55,055 nt of DNA from Prorocentrum cordatum (Eukaryota): positions 62,001 to 117,055 of the forward strand of contig CAUYUJ010000187.1 of NCBI GenBank assembly GCA_963575745.1, given 5' to 3'. Position numbers and translations under genes: made by a program. Of this stretch, positions 19,952 through 32,725 are shown one piece after another; the stretch's first letter is position 1; every line of letters starts with the position of its first letter. Under the pieces are notes generated by a model that saw only the letters and a list, made by a program, of their open reading frames with translations, searched no databases and was not told where the DNA came from.

Positions 19952-20554
19952 GGTTCGCGTCGCGCTGATGCGGCGGCGACCCCAGCGCGCCGGCGTTCAG
20001 GTGGAAGGGCGCCAGCGGCCCAGGATCGGCTGGCGTCGAACGATCAGTGTCGTAGCAGAGCCGTGGTCATTCAGGTAACCGGCCGTAAGGAGTGCACAGG
20101 AAGCTAGGGGCAGGTTGATTTCGAAGCTTGATCCTCTGACTTCTGCTGCACTGCAAGCGGTTGCTGTTCTCTCGCATGCCACCCCAAGGTCGTGTCGTCA
20201 TCACCACCCTCTCTTTCTGCCTGCTGCCCCCCTCCCCCTTCTTCTTTTCCTCTTCCCGCTCGTCCTTTTTCTGCTGCTGCTGTTCCTCTTCCTCCGGTTG
20301 CCCCTCCCCTTGCTCCCTCTCCTCTTCCTCCTCTTCCTGCTGCTCTTCCTCCTTGCTCCTCTCCTCCTCGCCATGTGAGCCACAGCCAAGCCAGAGCTGA
20401 GCCAAGAAAATTGACTTGCGTACGCTTACAGCCAAGTGAAACATACAAGGATGTATTCCCCTCTGTGACACACAATGGATGTGCTTTCTTCTACGACCGC
20501 CCTTTAGTTGGAGCGCCTGGTCACCCTCCCTGTACGCGCCGTGGAGTCGTCCGC

Positions 20555-20594
20555 CGTGGCACTGGTGGCCGTACTGTCGGCCACCAGTGCCACG
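20555..20594. other. Perfect 17-bp hairpin
   Basis: cgtggcactggtggccg-tactgt-cggccaccagtgccacg. Confidence 0.85.
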
Positions 20595-21002
20595 TCATAC
20601 GTGTCCAAGGTGGCGGCGATTTGGGGGGAGAGTGGCTGATTCTATAGGCTTACGCCACATCCGCCGACCCCTCTATAAACTACTGCGCGTCCAGGACTGC
20701 ATTCCACGAGGCTTGTCCGATTCCTGGGAGGTTTCTGGGGGCGTTTGGGGGCTTTGTTCGGGCGCCCTGGGGGCTTCTTGGAGCGTGTTGGGGGCTTCTT
20801 GAGGCAACCTGGGGGCGTCTGGGGCCGAAGGCTGGAAATGTGGGTTCGGGTGCGACTTGGGGGGACGAGTGGCTGATACGGATAACCACAAGCATCTGGA
20901 GAGCCGAGTAAACTCGAAGAAACTTAGACACTGTCATCTTCATCGTGGACATTGAGATACGGCCCTGCCATCACGCATGCGTAGATTCCAAGGAAGTGCC
21001 AG

Positions 21003-21399
21003 CATCGTCACCATCGTCATTACCATCACCATCACCATCACCATCACCATCACCATCACCATCATTATCACCATCACCATCACCATCACCATCACCATCA
21101 CCATCACCATCACGATAACCATCACCAGCACCATTAACATCACCATCACCATCATCATCACCATCACCATCACCATCACCATCACCATCACCATCACCAT
21201 CACCATCACCATCACCGTCACCGTCACCATCGTCATCGTCATCGACATCGTCATCGTCATCGTCATCATCGTCATCATCGTCGCCCGTAATCTCCGTTGT
21301 CATCATCATCACCATCACCATCACCATCACCACCATCATCATCATCATCACCACCATCATCTTCATCCTCATCCTCATCATCATCATCATCATCATCAA

Positions 21400-21445
<46 letters not shown>

Positions 21446-21940
21446 GTTATCATCATCATCAGCATCATCATCATCCTCGTCATTATCATCATCATCATCT
21501 GCTTGCTTTCCTTCTCCCACCCTTCTCCTCGAACGTCATCTCACCATATCATCATTCGTCATTGTCACCCACTCCCTTTCTTCGACCTGCCATTTTTTTC
21601 CTCGCAATCATATCGTTACCACTGCTAATACAACGTAACTCCTCCTTCCTATCAGCGTGATCATTTTCCTCACCATCACCATCACCATCACCATTACCAT
21701 CACCATCACCATCACCATCACCATCACCATCACCATCACCATCACCATCACCATCGCCATCACCCTCACCCTCACCATCACCATCACCATCACCATGAGC
21801 ATGAGCATGAGCATGAACATGAGCATGAGCACTACCATGACCATCACAATTACCATCACCGTCAGCATTAGTATCACCAGCCATCACTATCACCCTTGTC
21901 ACCATCATCATCAGCATCACCATCACCATTTTCATCATGA
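21003..21940. repeat. (CACCAT)n/(CAT)n microsatellite blocks
   Basis: Seen directly; two blocks separated by ~21500-21660. Confidence 0.95.
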
Positions 21941-22249
21941 TCCTCCTCCTGCGTCTTTTGTCGTCGTCATTCTCATCATCAGCATCGTCATCATTTTAGT
22001 GTCGTCGGATCTTCGTCTCCTCCTACTCCCCGTCCTCGATGTGCCGTTTATAGTTCTCGGCTCCGCCCGCCCTTGCATCGATCGATGCGCCGTTCACAGT
22101 TATGATCTCCTCGTCCCCGTCTTTTCGTCCCCGTCTTTCGTGCCCCTGTCTTTCGTTACGCTCGGCGCTGTGATTTTCTCCAGTCGGGTGCTTATCTGAG
22201 CGGCTGGAAGCCGTCGGGAATGCACACACGATGCGTTTGCCCTGTCTCG

Positions 22250-25200
22250 CCTCTCCCCTTGCCTCCCCTTCGTCACCAGCCTCGACGCCAACAGGGGCGC
22301 ACTCACCAACACTATCTTGGCCCTCCAAGAACTCGCCACCCCACCGACCGCATCCATACCTTGGACAGAGGCATCCGCCCACTAGAAAACGGAGTTTGGC
22401 GACCTGTATGGGATCCCGCGGACGACTACGTCCAGCGCAAAAAGGCACGAAGGGGCACTGACCACAGGGTGCGTTCCACGACCTCTAACCACGAAGGTGT
22501 GTGCAAGGCTGCGCAAAGATCGCTGGTTGACGCATCCAAGGAGGATCCAACCGTCGCAAACCTCCTCGCGACCGAGCGATGGACGTAAGCCTTCTACCCG
22601 ATCCCTGCCCAGGCTACCGCCACCAGGCGGAAAACTAGAAGGAAAAGCCGCTGCCGAACCCTGACCGAAGGTACTGTTGTAGCGTCAGTCTACGCATACT
22701 CGGGGCCGACAACACAGCCCTGTTCCAGCAGACCTGGGGCGTTTCCAACAGTGTAGGGGACACCGTACCCAATGCGACTTGAAGAATCTGGCTTTCCTTT
22801 CTCACGCCTTCACCTCCGGGTGGACAAACGCCGCTGCCGGCTATTCCGACGAGCGAGCGTGCACCTGCGGTCAAGACATCGGCTGGGACCGACGCACCGC
22901 TGACACGGGAAGAGATCGCATTGACTACGTTTTCGCCAACTCAAAAGCAACACAGCTTGTCACCAACTTTGTTCTCTTGCGTGATCTCCCAAACAAGTAT
23001 CGCTTCGGCATCGATGCCACTAGGAATCTTTCGAGGAGACTGAATGCGATAGTACCCTACCCGCCGGCCCACCCAACGATCGACCTGGATGAAATGCAAG
23101 TGCTTGGAGACCGCATCGAGCATGCTTACTTCGCGCGGATGGGCGGGGCAGATGTCGCTGGCGACCCCGACGAGATCTTTATCTTGGCCAGCCAATCGTC
23201 GCGCGCTTTTCTCGCGGGATTTCGCGGCAGGTGCGCGCCGCAGGACCGCAGAGGAGACCCCGCCAGGCACGGTGCCCGCGCTTCCAAGACGCCTGCGCCG
23301 CGCTACCCGTGCATCCTGTGCGCGGAGCGGCCAGTGTAATCACTGTCGCTCTCGACGAGCCATCTTGGCAATCGGGGCCATTAAGAATGGCCTGGCGGTG
23401 CCTTCGGGTCCGCCGTAGTGGAGTCCGTGGCGCTGGCCATCCTGGTCTCTGGGTGCAGATCAAGAGCACCTGGGCTGCGGCTGACGTCCTCGCGCAACGC
23501 CGCCGCCTCGCCAGCCTGACGGAGTGCCCGCGTGTTTGGGACAGCGGCGCCCTCCTTACCGATTTTCAGTTCGCTAAACGGATTGCCCCCCCGCGGGCGC
23601 GCGCAGCCTAGGAGGCGCTGCCGCGCCGACGAAGCCAACCGCGTCGACGCCTGGAAGAGTGCGCGCGTGCGAGGCGAATGCGGAGGCTGACAAGTTGGGT
23701 CGAAGCGGATGACGCATCCAACGCCGTTCACCCTCGCGCCCCGCGCGATGGGCCCCCGCGCGCGCCGGCGGGCGCCGACGGGGGCGAGAAAACGACGAGC
23801 GAAGGGCCGGCAGATGATGGGGCCAGCACGGGCGCGCAGTCGCATTCCACCTGGCGCGCCCGCCACCGTCCCGAGTGATTCCGTATCGGACAGGGGAAGT
23901 GACTCCGACGAATGCGCCCCGCTGGAGCCAAACCACGACGCTGTCCTGGCCGACGCCGGAGCCGCGCCCGAACGCGTGACGGTCGCGTGGGGGCCTATCC
24001 TGGGCTGACGCCGAAGCGCGGGGCGTCGCTCTGCGAATCTCCTCCTAGGTGGGATGATTTCGCAGCGGAGTGCCGCCGGGGGCGCCGAGAGCTTGCGCTT
24101 GCCCAACCGTTCGTCCTGACTGATGAAGCTCTCATCCACGTGGCGCGCGCCCGCCCCGTCACCAGGGCTGGGGGCCTGGGCGGGTGGGCCACTGCAGGGG
24201 CCAAAAAGCTCCCCGACGGAGTCTTCAGTTTTTCCCAGCCATCCTGTGGTGTTGGGTCCTCGTTTTGAAGAGACGGTCCCCGCTTTCCTCCTCTCCTCCA
24301 CCTCCCCCTCCTCCTCTCCGCCGCCCGCATGCGTCCCCCGCGCTCATTTCGGCGCTTTTTTTTCACGTGTCGTGGCCCCGTAGGGAGCTCCACCGATGCC
24401 CCCAGTGGGGCCGCCCGCATGTGTCCGCCACCACCCAGCACAGCCCTTGCTCCTTGCGTTTCACCCATCCAGTGCAGCGTTTCGTGGCCCCATAGAGGGC
24501 TCCACGGAAGGTCCCTGTGGCGCCGCCCGCGTGCGTCCGCCACCGCGCAGCGCGGCCCTTGCTCCCTGCGTTTCGCCCACCCAGTGCAGGGTTTCGTGGC
24601 CCCATTGGGAGCTCCACCGAAGGTTTCAGTGGCACCGCCCGCATGCGTCCGCCACCACCCAGCACATCCCGGCACAGCCCTTGCTCCCTGCGTGTCACCC
24701 ACCCAATACAGCGTTTCGTGGCCCCATAGGGAGCCCCACCGAAGGTCCCAGTGGCACCGCCAGCATGCGTCCGCCACCGCCCAGTACAGCCATTGCTCCC
24801 TCCGTTTCATCCACCCAGTACAGCGTTTCGTGGCCCCATCTGGAGCTCCACCGAAGGTCCCAGTGGCACTGCCCGCATGCGTCCGCCGCCGCCCAGTGCA
24901 GCCCTTGCTCCCTGCGTTTCACCCACCCAGTGCAGGGTTTCGCGGCCTCGTAGGGGGCTCCACCGAAGGTCCCAGTGGCACCGCCCGCATGCGTCCGCCA
25001 CCACTCAGCACAGCCCTGCCCCCTGCGTTTCGCCCACCCATTACAGCGTTTCGTGGCCCCATAGGGAGCTCCACAGAAGGTCCCAGCGGCACCGCCCGCA
25101 TGCGTCCGCCACCGCCCAGTACAGCCATTTCTCACACCCAGTACAGCGTTTCGTGGCCCCATAAGGGGGCTCCACCAGAGGTCCCAGTGGCGCCGCTCGC

Positions 25201-27600
25201 ATGCGTCCGCCACCGCCCAGCACAGCCCTTGCCCCCTGCGTTTCGCCCGCCCAGTACAGCGTTTCGTGGCCCCATAGGGAACGCCACCGAAGAATATGTT
25301 CACGATTGCGGTACTCACAGCTGCATATGGTTGGGTCTTTCGCCAGGCTAATTTGGTTCATGCGCTGAGATTCAGGCGACCCATGGGTCGAATTCCCGAG
25401 CCTGTCTTGCACGCCCCAAACCCCGTGCCCGCGGCGCGAAATATGCGAGCTCTCCACTGACCAGCGGCGCCTCTCTGTCGTGACCATCTGGATGTGCGCC
25501 TGGGAAGCGCTGGCCAACCGCGGCTGCCTCGAGAGTTTGCTGGGCCCGCCGAGTTGGCGTAGGGGCGGCCCCGCGCGCCGCTACAGGAGACGTCGGCGCG
25601 AATCTGGCGCTGCAAGTGGAGTGCGCGCGCCAGCTTTGATTTCCCCTGGCAGGGTCAGCGTGGGGCCGGCACGGATGTTTCGACTACCTCGTCGCGGACA
25701 TCGGCCTTGCCTTGGCGCTGCGTGCTGGGTTTCTTCCCGACGCGATTCAGAGATGCATCCGCGTCGGCGGGGCCTACTCTTGGCCTCTTGGCTCGCGCCA
25801 GCGGCCACCTAAGGCAGCTCTTTCTGTAAGTGGCGACATTGAACTCCCCGTGCCCGCGTGGGCCCAGCGGCAGCGCCAGTGCTTTCCTCGCCCGATGAGT
25901 TCAACAGTCGTCGGCGACGGCAGTTCAGCGGCCCCCGCGGCAATGGGGCTCCGAATGTCGTGCGACGAGACCGTCCTCTTCTACAAATTGTCTGGCCAAA
26001 AAGCCCACCCCGGCAACGTGGTCGGCCGGGTCGCGGGCGCGGAGTCCCACCGCCGAGTGGCCCCGCTCAAGTTCTGCGGGCAGCCGCTGCAAGCTCGCCA
26101 CCGGGTGGGCCTTGTAGGAAGCCCCATCAACGTCGCTCCCGTTGTTGACGACGCCAAACAGGCATGAGGCCGCCGCCGGCGCCGGGGTGCGACGGGCTGT
26201 CGCCGTGCAGCTACGTGTCGGACCTCCCCCGAAGGCGCCCGAGAGAGACCGCGTCCCCTCGGGGCCCCTCGTGGCCATCACGTGCGCCGCTGTTGCCGGC
26301 ATTCGCGCGCCCGGCCAGAGAGCCAGAAATATTTGCTTCAGCGCCGCGTTCGCGGACAGTCGGCCCAGAGGAAGATCCTGGATCTCACGATGGGCCCCCC
26401 GCGCGCTCGTCGCCCCTGGGCGCCCCGTCGAATTGGGAGCTGTCGCGCTGAAGGGGAGCTTTGCTCGTTCCTGGAAGACCAGCGCGGAGAGACAACGGTC
26501 TCGACGCCAAAGCCAAGTGCTGCGTGACCCCGCGCAGTCCTTCTCCGGGGGAGGCCCGGTGGTCAGCGCGTGGCGGGCCGTCGCCCGGCTCGAGCGGAGC
26601 TGGCCAACCTGCGGCGCGACGTTCGACGACTGGGCGTTTGCCCGCCATGGGGAACGCTTGCCAGCAGGGTTGTTCACGCGCGTGCTCTGGGCTTCAGAGA
26701 TGTCCCCTCCTTCGGTGCATCCCGACCACCGTGCGCGACTTGGGGGCCGTCGCCGTTGTCGAACGAGGTCTCGACACCCCCGCTAACGCGCGGCTTCTCC
26801 GTGCCACAGGCAAGACCCAATTCGCGGCTTGGGATTTCGGTCTCTTCGCCAACTACCTGTGCAGGGGTGATCGCAGGCAGCGGAGAAAAGTCGCGGGCGG
26901 CATCTTGGCGGACCCATCCCCACTGCGAATGGTGCAACCAGAGGAAACCAGGGCGCTCCTCCTGGAAATGCGCGTGCTTGGAGTCCGGTGACTGCGCTAG
27001 AGAAACCATGGCCACCGAGGGGGGATGGCGATGCTTGCCGCCGCCTGCTAGACATTGCGGCCTTGTTGAGGATGACCCCAGTTCCTCGATCTCCAGGTCG
27101 CCCTCGCCGAGGACGACCTCCCACTGCCCGTTTCGCGGCCGTCGCTGGAGGGCCCCGTCTGTGACCCTTGCGAGGGATTTGCCGACGAGCACGGAGCCCG
27201 ATGGGTCTTTTGCGCTGCCGCCGATGGGGTCGCAACATTTCGACGAGCCGAAGTCCGTCTGGCGCGAGGGCTGCAAGCGCCCTGCGCGCCAACCTCGCGC
27301 GGCGGGAGGTACCGCTGCGCGAACGAGGGCGGGGGCATCCTTCCCCTTGGCGCGGTCTGCGGGGGGCCCGACTGGACAGCAGCAGCGGGGCGCGGCGATA
27401 AAGGCGAGGCCCGCCAATTCTGCGCGCCCGCAAACAGAGACACGCCGGCTGTGCGCACGCTTTGGCATGCGTGATACGGCGCCCTGGCAGCTGCGGCGCC
27501 GTTTTGGGGCAGTCCTCGCAGCGGCCCAAAAAGAGGGCGCCGACTGGGAGGAGGGGCGATAGCACTGGCGCGCCGCGTACTGAGCAGCAAGGAGGGCCTG
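22250..27600 (+). mobile_element. Highly degenerate non-LTR retrotransposon sequence (EN + linker + RT), interrupted by the 24229-25354 insertion; may be two fused relics
   Basis: TILALQELA (~22310), RDRIDYVFAN (~22910), AGGLGGWATAGAKKLPDGVFS (~24165-24228). Resumes after the insertion as LVHALR...MGRIPEPVLHA. Then WEALANRGC (~25500), SALPWRCVLGFFP (a decayed QGCVLGP-like motif, ~25700) and GLRMSCDETV (~25945). Right boundary uncertain. Confidence 0.7.
24229..25354. mobile_element. Non-autonomous Helentron/DINE-1-like element, copy A1, with ~112-bp internal tandem array (~8-9 units)
   Basis: Left end TTTTT-cccagccat-cct-gtggtgttggg-tcctcgttttgaa; right end atggttggg-tctttcgccaggctaaTTT. Unit core gtttcgtggccccatagggagctccaccgaagg at ~24479, 24591, 24712, 24825, 24937, 25048, 25148 and 25261. 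Confidence 0.8.
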
Positions 27601-29622
27601 GAGACTGTCTTGGAGGATGCCCCTAAGGAGGCAGCAGGCCAGAAGGACTGATGCAGGCCGCCCCAGGTGGCTTGTGCAAGGTGGAACCTGTCAAGCAGCA
27701 GCGGAATGCACTGCTCGTGGATGTGCTGGTGAGACTGGGCGAGGAGTTTGGCTCGCTGGTGCAGCGCGTTGACGCTGGTGAAGAGGCCCGATTCATGCGC
27801 GAGGGATTGCCTGCGGTCGGGCCGCGGGGTATCCGAAGCGCCGCGCCCTGTTCTGGCGGTGGCGATTGGCCGCCCACAGCTCCCCCTACCCCAGTGGGGG
27901 GAGGAGCTGGCCCGATGGCGGTGGGAGCTTGCGACGATGGTCTGGGCGGGGGAATCGCGAGGCGCCAGGTCCTGCCCGCGGAAGGAACACAATTGGCGCG
28001 CATCGCGCGGGTCAGCGTGATCGGCGCGCTCGCAAATCGCCGTCGCCGTCGTTCATGAAGGCGCCGAGCCGAGCCCGAGGGGGTCGAGTTCGTTTCCGCC
28101 GAGGCAATGGAGCTGGCCCGACCACAACTCGTCGAGGTGGTCGGAGCAGCCAGGTCCTGGTGGACCGTCTGCGCGGTCGGGGCTGCAAGGCGAGCCTGGC
28201 GGCTCTCCCCCGCATTGGCATCTGCCGAAAGGAGTGGGCTACATCTTGCTGAGCACAGCTCTAGAGCATCCCACTCTTCTGTCAGGCAAGGGGGGCGTCG
28301 TGCGACGTCGGTCATAGATGGCAATGGCCGTGCAGTGGAAGACGCGAGCGAATCCATGTCGCCACCTCGGCGGCGTCGAAGAGGCCTCATGGACGGGCGC
28401 GCAGGCGCGCGCTGGCGGCGGCGAGCTCGTCGGCGCGGCAGCTGCAATTGGCGCGATGCGCCCCTCGTTGACGCGTCGCTCGCCCAACTGTCTCTCGATC
28501 TTCTGGAAATTGAGCGTGTCCGGCGTGAGCTGTAGGCCCACTGTGTATCAAACCAGAGGCCCGCCTTTGCGCCCACTCGCGGCGGCGGTTCACGACGGAG
28601 CATGTCTCCAACGTTCAGCCGCGGCGACGAGATGGAGCATGGCCAGCGCCATGGGTTTCTGCGCGGACAAGGCCAGCCCGCGCACCCGCGCGGAGTAATT
28701 GAGCTGGCAGCCAGGGCCATAGCTCACTCCGAAACCACCCCTGGCGAAAGACGGGCGCGCTCGATGGTAGCCCGACCTCGTTTTGTCTCCTCCTCCTTCT
28801 CTCTCTTTTCTCCCTTCGGCGTCTGATTCTTGCAAGCCCGAGTCGATTGGCCCTGCGGCGGAGTTGCGCTATGAAGTCGATTGTTTCGCTCACGGAGCTT
28901 GGGAGCCACTTCGAGTGTTCTTCGCTTTATCAATCCCCTCGCAAAGTCGCGCTGCACCACAAAACCGTCAGCCTCCTCGCAGTAAGTGGGTTGCAGTTCG
29001 GGACCCCCCCGTGCCCCCCCCCGTCATAACCTTTACATGTTCTCCACGACCCCCTTCCACGTTTACATGTTTTCCATGAGACGGGTGTCATTGGGTTTTT
29101 TTCTGCCCCCTTGGAAACTATCTTAAAATCCTCGCCCAGTTTTTTTTTTGGGTTTCTCTCCACTTTTTTTCCATTTTTCATTCTATTATTTTTTTTGTTT
29201 TCTTCCCTGCGCCCCCTCCCCCCAGGCCGTTTCTTGGCCCCCGCCACTTTTTGGGGGGCGTTGTCCTCGAACCCTTCTGAGTCTGAGTAGACCCACATCT
29301 GGATTCTGAGGGCGGTGTCCCGAGCTGGCCTGCACCCAGTCCGCGGCCGTGTTCGCGGAGACGCGCCGCGCCTACGGGGAAACATTTAGAAGAAGCGCAG
29401 GTTTTTGGTTAGACGGGTTCCACCCTTCCCAACAGACACCAGTGAGGGATGCTCGTCGGTACACTCGAAATTGGTACGGAGAGAACGGGCACGATGACGA
29501 ACAGCAGATCATGCCCATTTTGAACAGGGTTCGCTGTCGGTGTCGCCGCAGGCGTTGCCCATTGAAGACAGAGTTGCCTGCCCAACAGAGGCCGCTGTCG
29601 ATTTTGGACGACATTTGCTATC

Positions 29623-29866
29623 GGGCATAGTACCAATTTTCGGCGGCGGGCGCGGGGGGGAAATGAGAGGGGGCGGGACTTCCGAGGCTTCTGAGAAGTT
29701 TCTGGACCTCTTAGAGGGCTTCTGAGAAGTTCTGTCTGTGTTCGAAATAGGCCAAGGAAACGTCTCAGAAGCCCCCCGGACTTCTAAGAAGTCCCGCGGC
29801 CTTCTGAGAAGGCCTTCTCCTTCTCATTTCCCCCCTGGGCTCGTCGCCTAAATTTGCTCGTTACCC
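29623..29866. mobile_element. MITE-like element with imperfect ~45-bp terminal inverted repeats
   Basis: aattttcggcggcgggcgcgggggggaaatgaga versus tctcatttcccccctgggctcgtcgcctaaatt. Interior built of palindromes ggacttct-a-agaagtcc and ggccttct-g-agaaggcc. Confidence 0.6.
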
Positions 29867-31404
29867 AGATCGGTTGTGCCAAATTCGGGGGGATGTCTTT
29901 GGGGGGTCCAGAGACCCTGTCCACGGCAGCTTCCACGGGCCAGGGGGGGTCCCCCGATTTGGCCTCGTGGCTCTTGGGAGGCCTCGTGATAGTCTATTGG
30001 AAGGGGCCTCTTGGGGGCATCTTGGAGTCTTGTTTGGGCCATCTAGGAGGCTCTTTGGGAGCCTCTGGAGGCCTGTTGGGCGCCTCTTGGGGTCTGACTC
30101 ATAGGAGCCCTTCTATGCACAGTGACCCCACGAATCTCGCGATCTACAGGCGCAGTGAGGCCCATGATCCTGGGCGTCCGCGGTTGGCCGTCCTGCAGGG
30201 TCCGCGCACGTCTGTTGACCTGTTTTTTCGCTGCACCCTGGCGTGGAGACGGTGGCGCTGTCCGGCCTCTGCTTTCCCCAGCGCGTGTACGCACAGAGAG
30301 GCCACGACCTCCGCTCCCCGGCCCAAGGAGGCAAGGACCACGCCCTGACGAGAGTCAGGAGGAAAAGAAACACACAGACACAATTAATCGTCGATTCCCC
30401 AGAAAATATGAGAAAATATGGGAAGTGGGCGGGAAGACAGAAACCCAGAAAATATGGGAAAATATGGGGAATCTTTTTATTTGTGTGTATTCATTTGTGT
30501 GTCCCAGGGCCCCTCCAGAGAGTGCGACTGCGACTGCGAGTGGCGTGGGGACGGGGGCGGCCTTCTGGAGAGGCAGAGGCGCCAGAACCCCCCCTCCTCC
30601 CTGCCTCGGGGGGCCTCCCGGAGGCCGTCCTGGCGGGCTCCAGGGAGGCCTCTTCAAGAGACGGGAGCCTCTCGGCTCCTCCCCCCGAACGCCCCTGTGC
30701 CTCGCCTCGCCCCTGTGCCGGCCGCCCGTCCCGCCGCCGCCGCCCCCCCCCCCCCCCCCCGCGCGCCGCCGAGCGTCAAGAACCACCCCGGCCCGCGTGC
30801 CTGCCCTCGCTGCAGCGGGGGCCCATGCCAAGAGACACCCCGCTTGCCCCCAGGGTGCCCGGATTTCGATGGTTTTGTGGTGGAAGGCGTGGCGTTCCCA
30901 CACCAAACATCCAGGGACGGCCGGGGGTTCCCGGGTTGGGTCTCTTGAGGAGGGTTTCTTGTGGTCGGGCCTCCACGGGGCACCTCCACAGGGCACCTCC
31001 ACAGGGCAGTGGGCCTTCGGCGGAAGGGCTCGTGCCCGACCGCAGAGCGACCCGTGCGGCTCGGCGCCCCCCAGGCAGAAACTCCAAGACCAGGCTGGCG
31101 GTGGCGACGACGCCGCTGCCAGGCGCCGCCCGCCCTCGCGCGCGGAACCCCGACTGCGGGCCCTGCTCCTGCCGCGCGCTCGCGCTGGCGGGGGGGCAGG
31201 CGAAGGGCGTTGGGGGGATGTGACAGTTCCCGTTTGCAGTGCACCCGCTGCAAAGACCCGCGGCGCCGGAGGAGGAGGAGGAGGAGGAGGAGGAGGGAGG
31301 AGGAGGCGGAGGAGGAGGAGGAGGGGGACGAGGGGGAGGGCACGGTTTCCCTGCAGCCATTGCTGGAGTGTGGCCTTCAAGTGCAAAGTCTCGACCCCGA
31401 ATGA

Positions 31405-31419
31405 CCATTTTAGCTCAGG
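31405..31419 (+). other. Possible relic of the dinoflagellate spliced leader
   Basis: ccattttagctcagg matches the 3' part of DinoSL (CCATTTTGGCTCAAG) at 13/15, and lies ~265 bp upstream of the ATG at 31685 in the same orientation. Confidence 0.45.
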
Positions 31420-31684
31420 GATGTGGTTGTGCATCCCCGCCCCTTGAAGTTGCGACGCGACTCCGGCCGCTGGAGAGTCGATCCCCCCCCCACGCCCACC
31501 AATTTGGTTCCGTGGCCATGGCCTGACACTTGCCACGCTGCCGCACGTTGTGCCCTTGACAGGCAGATCAGAACCTGCACAAGTCGAAGCAACCGTGCAG
31601 AGACGCCCGGGCACACGACGATGCACCGTGCATGATTCTGCTCGAGCCGAGGGACCGAAGAGGTCGCGAGGCCCTCAGCGATCC

Positions 31685-31756
31685 ATGGCGGGTGGCCTCG
31701 ACCGCGACAGGCTCCTGAAGATAGAGCTCCTGGCGGACGAGGTCCTCAGGGCGCAG
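31685..31756 (+). CDS. PDRG1: PDRG1/prefoldin-like protein, exon 1 (MAGGLDRDRLLKIELLADEVLRAQ)
   Basis: GC3-rich codons; resembles the PDRG1 N-terminal helix (VEELAEEVL). Ends CAG|gcgcgg (GC donor, phase 0). Confidence 0.8.
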
Positions 31757-31902
31757 GCGCGGCGGCGGCACGAGAGGGTTTTTTCGGGGCTCTCTGGGGG
31801 GTCGGCAGGCCTCGGGCAGAGAGGCACGGGCTCGCCTCGGCGGAGGAGCGCTCCGCCCCGAGTCACTTCGCAGAAGAAAGACACCCAGAAGCAACACACA
31901 CA

Positions 31903-31956
31903 TAACAACAACAACAACAACAGCAACAACATCAACAACAGCAGCAACAACAACAA

Positions 31957-31994
<38 letters not shown>

Positions 31995-32010
31995 ACAACA
32001 ACACCAACAA

Positions 32011-32054
<44 letters not shown>

Positions 32055-32135
32055 ACCGAAACCAACAAACCAACAAACCAACAAACCAGCAAACCAACAA
32101 GCCAACAAGCCAGCAATCAAACCAACAAGCCAACA
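31903..32135. repeat. (AAC)/(AGC)n and (AACC)n microsatellite in intron 1
   Basis: Seen directly. Confidence 0.93.
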
Positions 32136-32379
32136 GACACCGAACGTAAAAAACCGGACACAACCAGACAAGCATCGGACAACAGGAACTATGCTTCTCG
32201 CTTCTCCGCGCCCCGCAGCGCCTCGCCAGCGGACAGGCCTCGCCGGCGGCCTGGCCGTGAATCGGCGGGCCGCCTCGTCCGCGGTGAGGTCCCGGACGAA
32301 AACGGGGCGGCTGGCGGGGCGGGACGCGGCAGCGGGCGGGTGGGCAGGGCTCAAACGACGCGAAGATCGGGACAAAATC

Positions 32380-32510
32380 GGATCGGGATAACTCGAAATC
32401 TCTGAGAATCGGCGGGTTTGGAGGATGTATTGGGCGCCGCGGCCGCTCCAGAGCGTTCCGGAACGCTCTGAGAGCGCTCCGGAACGCTCTGGAGCGATTT
32501 ATCCCGATCC
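32380..32510. mobile_element. Small palindromic MITE-like element
   Basis: Inverted ends ggatcgggataa/ttatcccgatcc. Internal 26-bp-arm hairpin 32444-32496 containing the perfect 22-bp palindrome cagagcgttccggaacgctctg. Partial related copy at ~34209-34245. Confidence 0.55.
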
Positions 32511-32725
32511 TAGCCCTGCTTTTGCTCGTTTCGATTCCTCCGCTTCGATTCGATTCGATCTCGATGGATTTCGATCCCGATTCGATTCGACTTGGGATTC
32601 CGATGTGGATGCCTACTCCTCAGTGGAGGCCTACCAACCTGCCGGTTCCCGCCAATTCGGCTCGTCCCAGCTCGGCTGCCTGTTGCCGCCGGTCCGACTG
32701 ATTTCGATGGCCGATGCGACGTATC

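Noticed and set aside
20376..20415. Reverse-strand spliced-leader-like tgagccaa motifs
   Set aside because: Only ~8 matching bases; expected by chance.
30776..31408. Minus-strand ORF divergent from the PDRG1-like gene
   Set aside because: Low-complexity and GC-driven, with no recognisable domain or convincing splice pattern.
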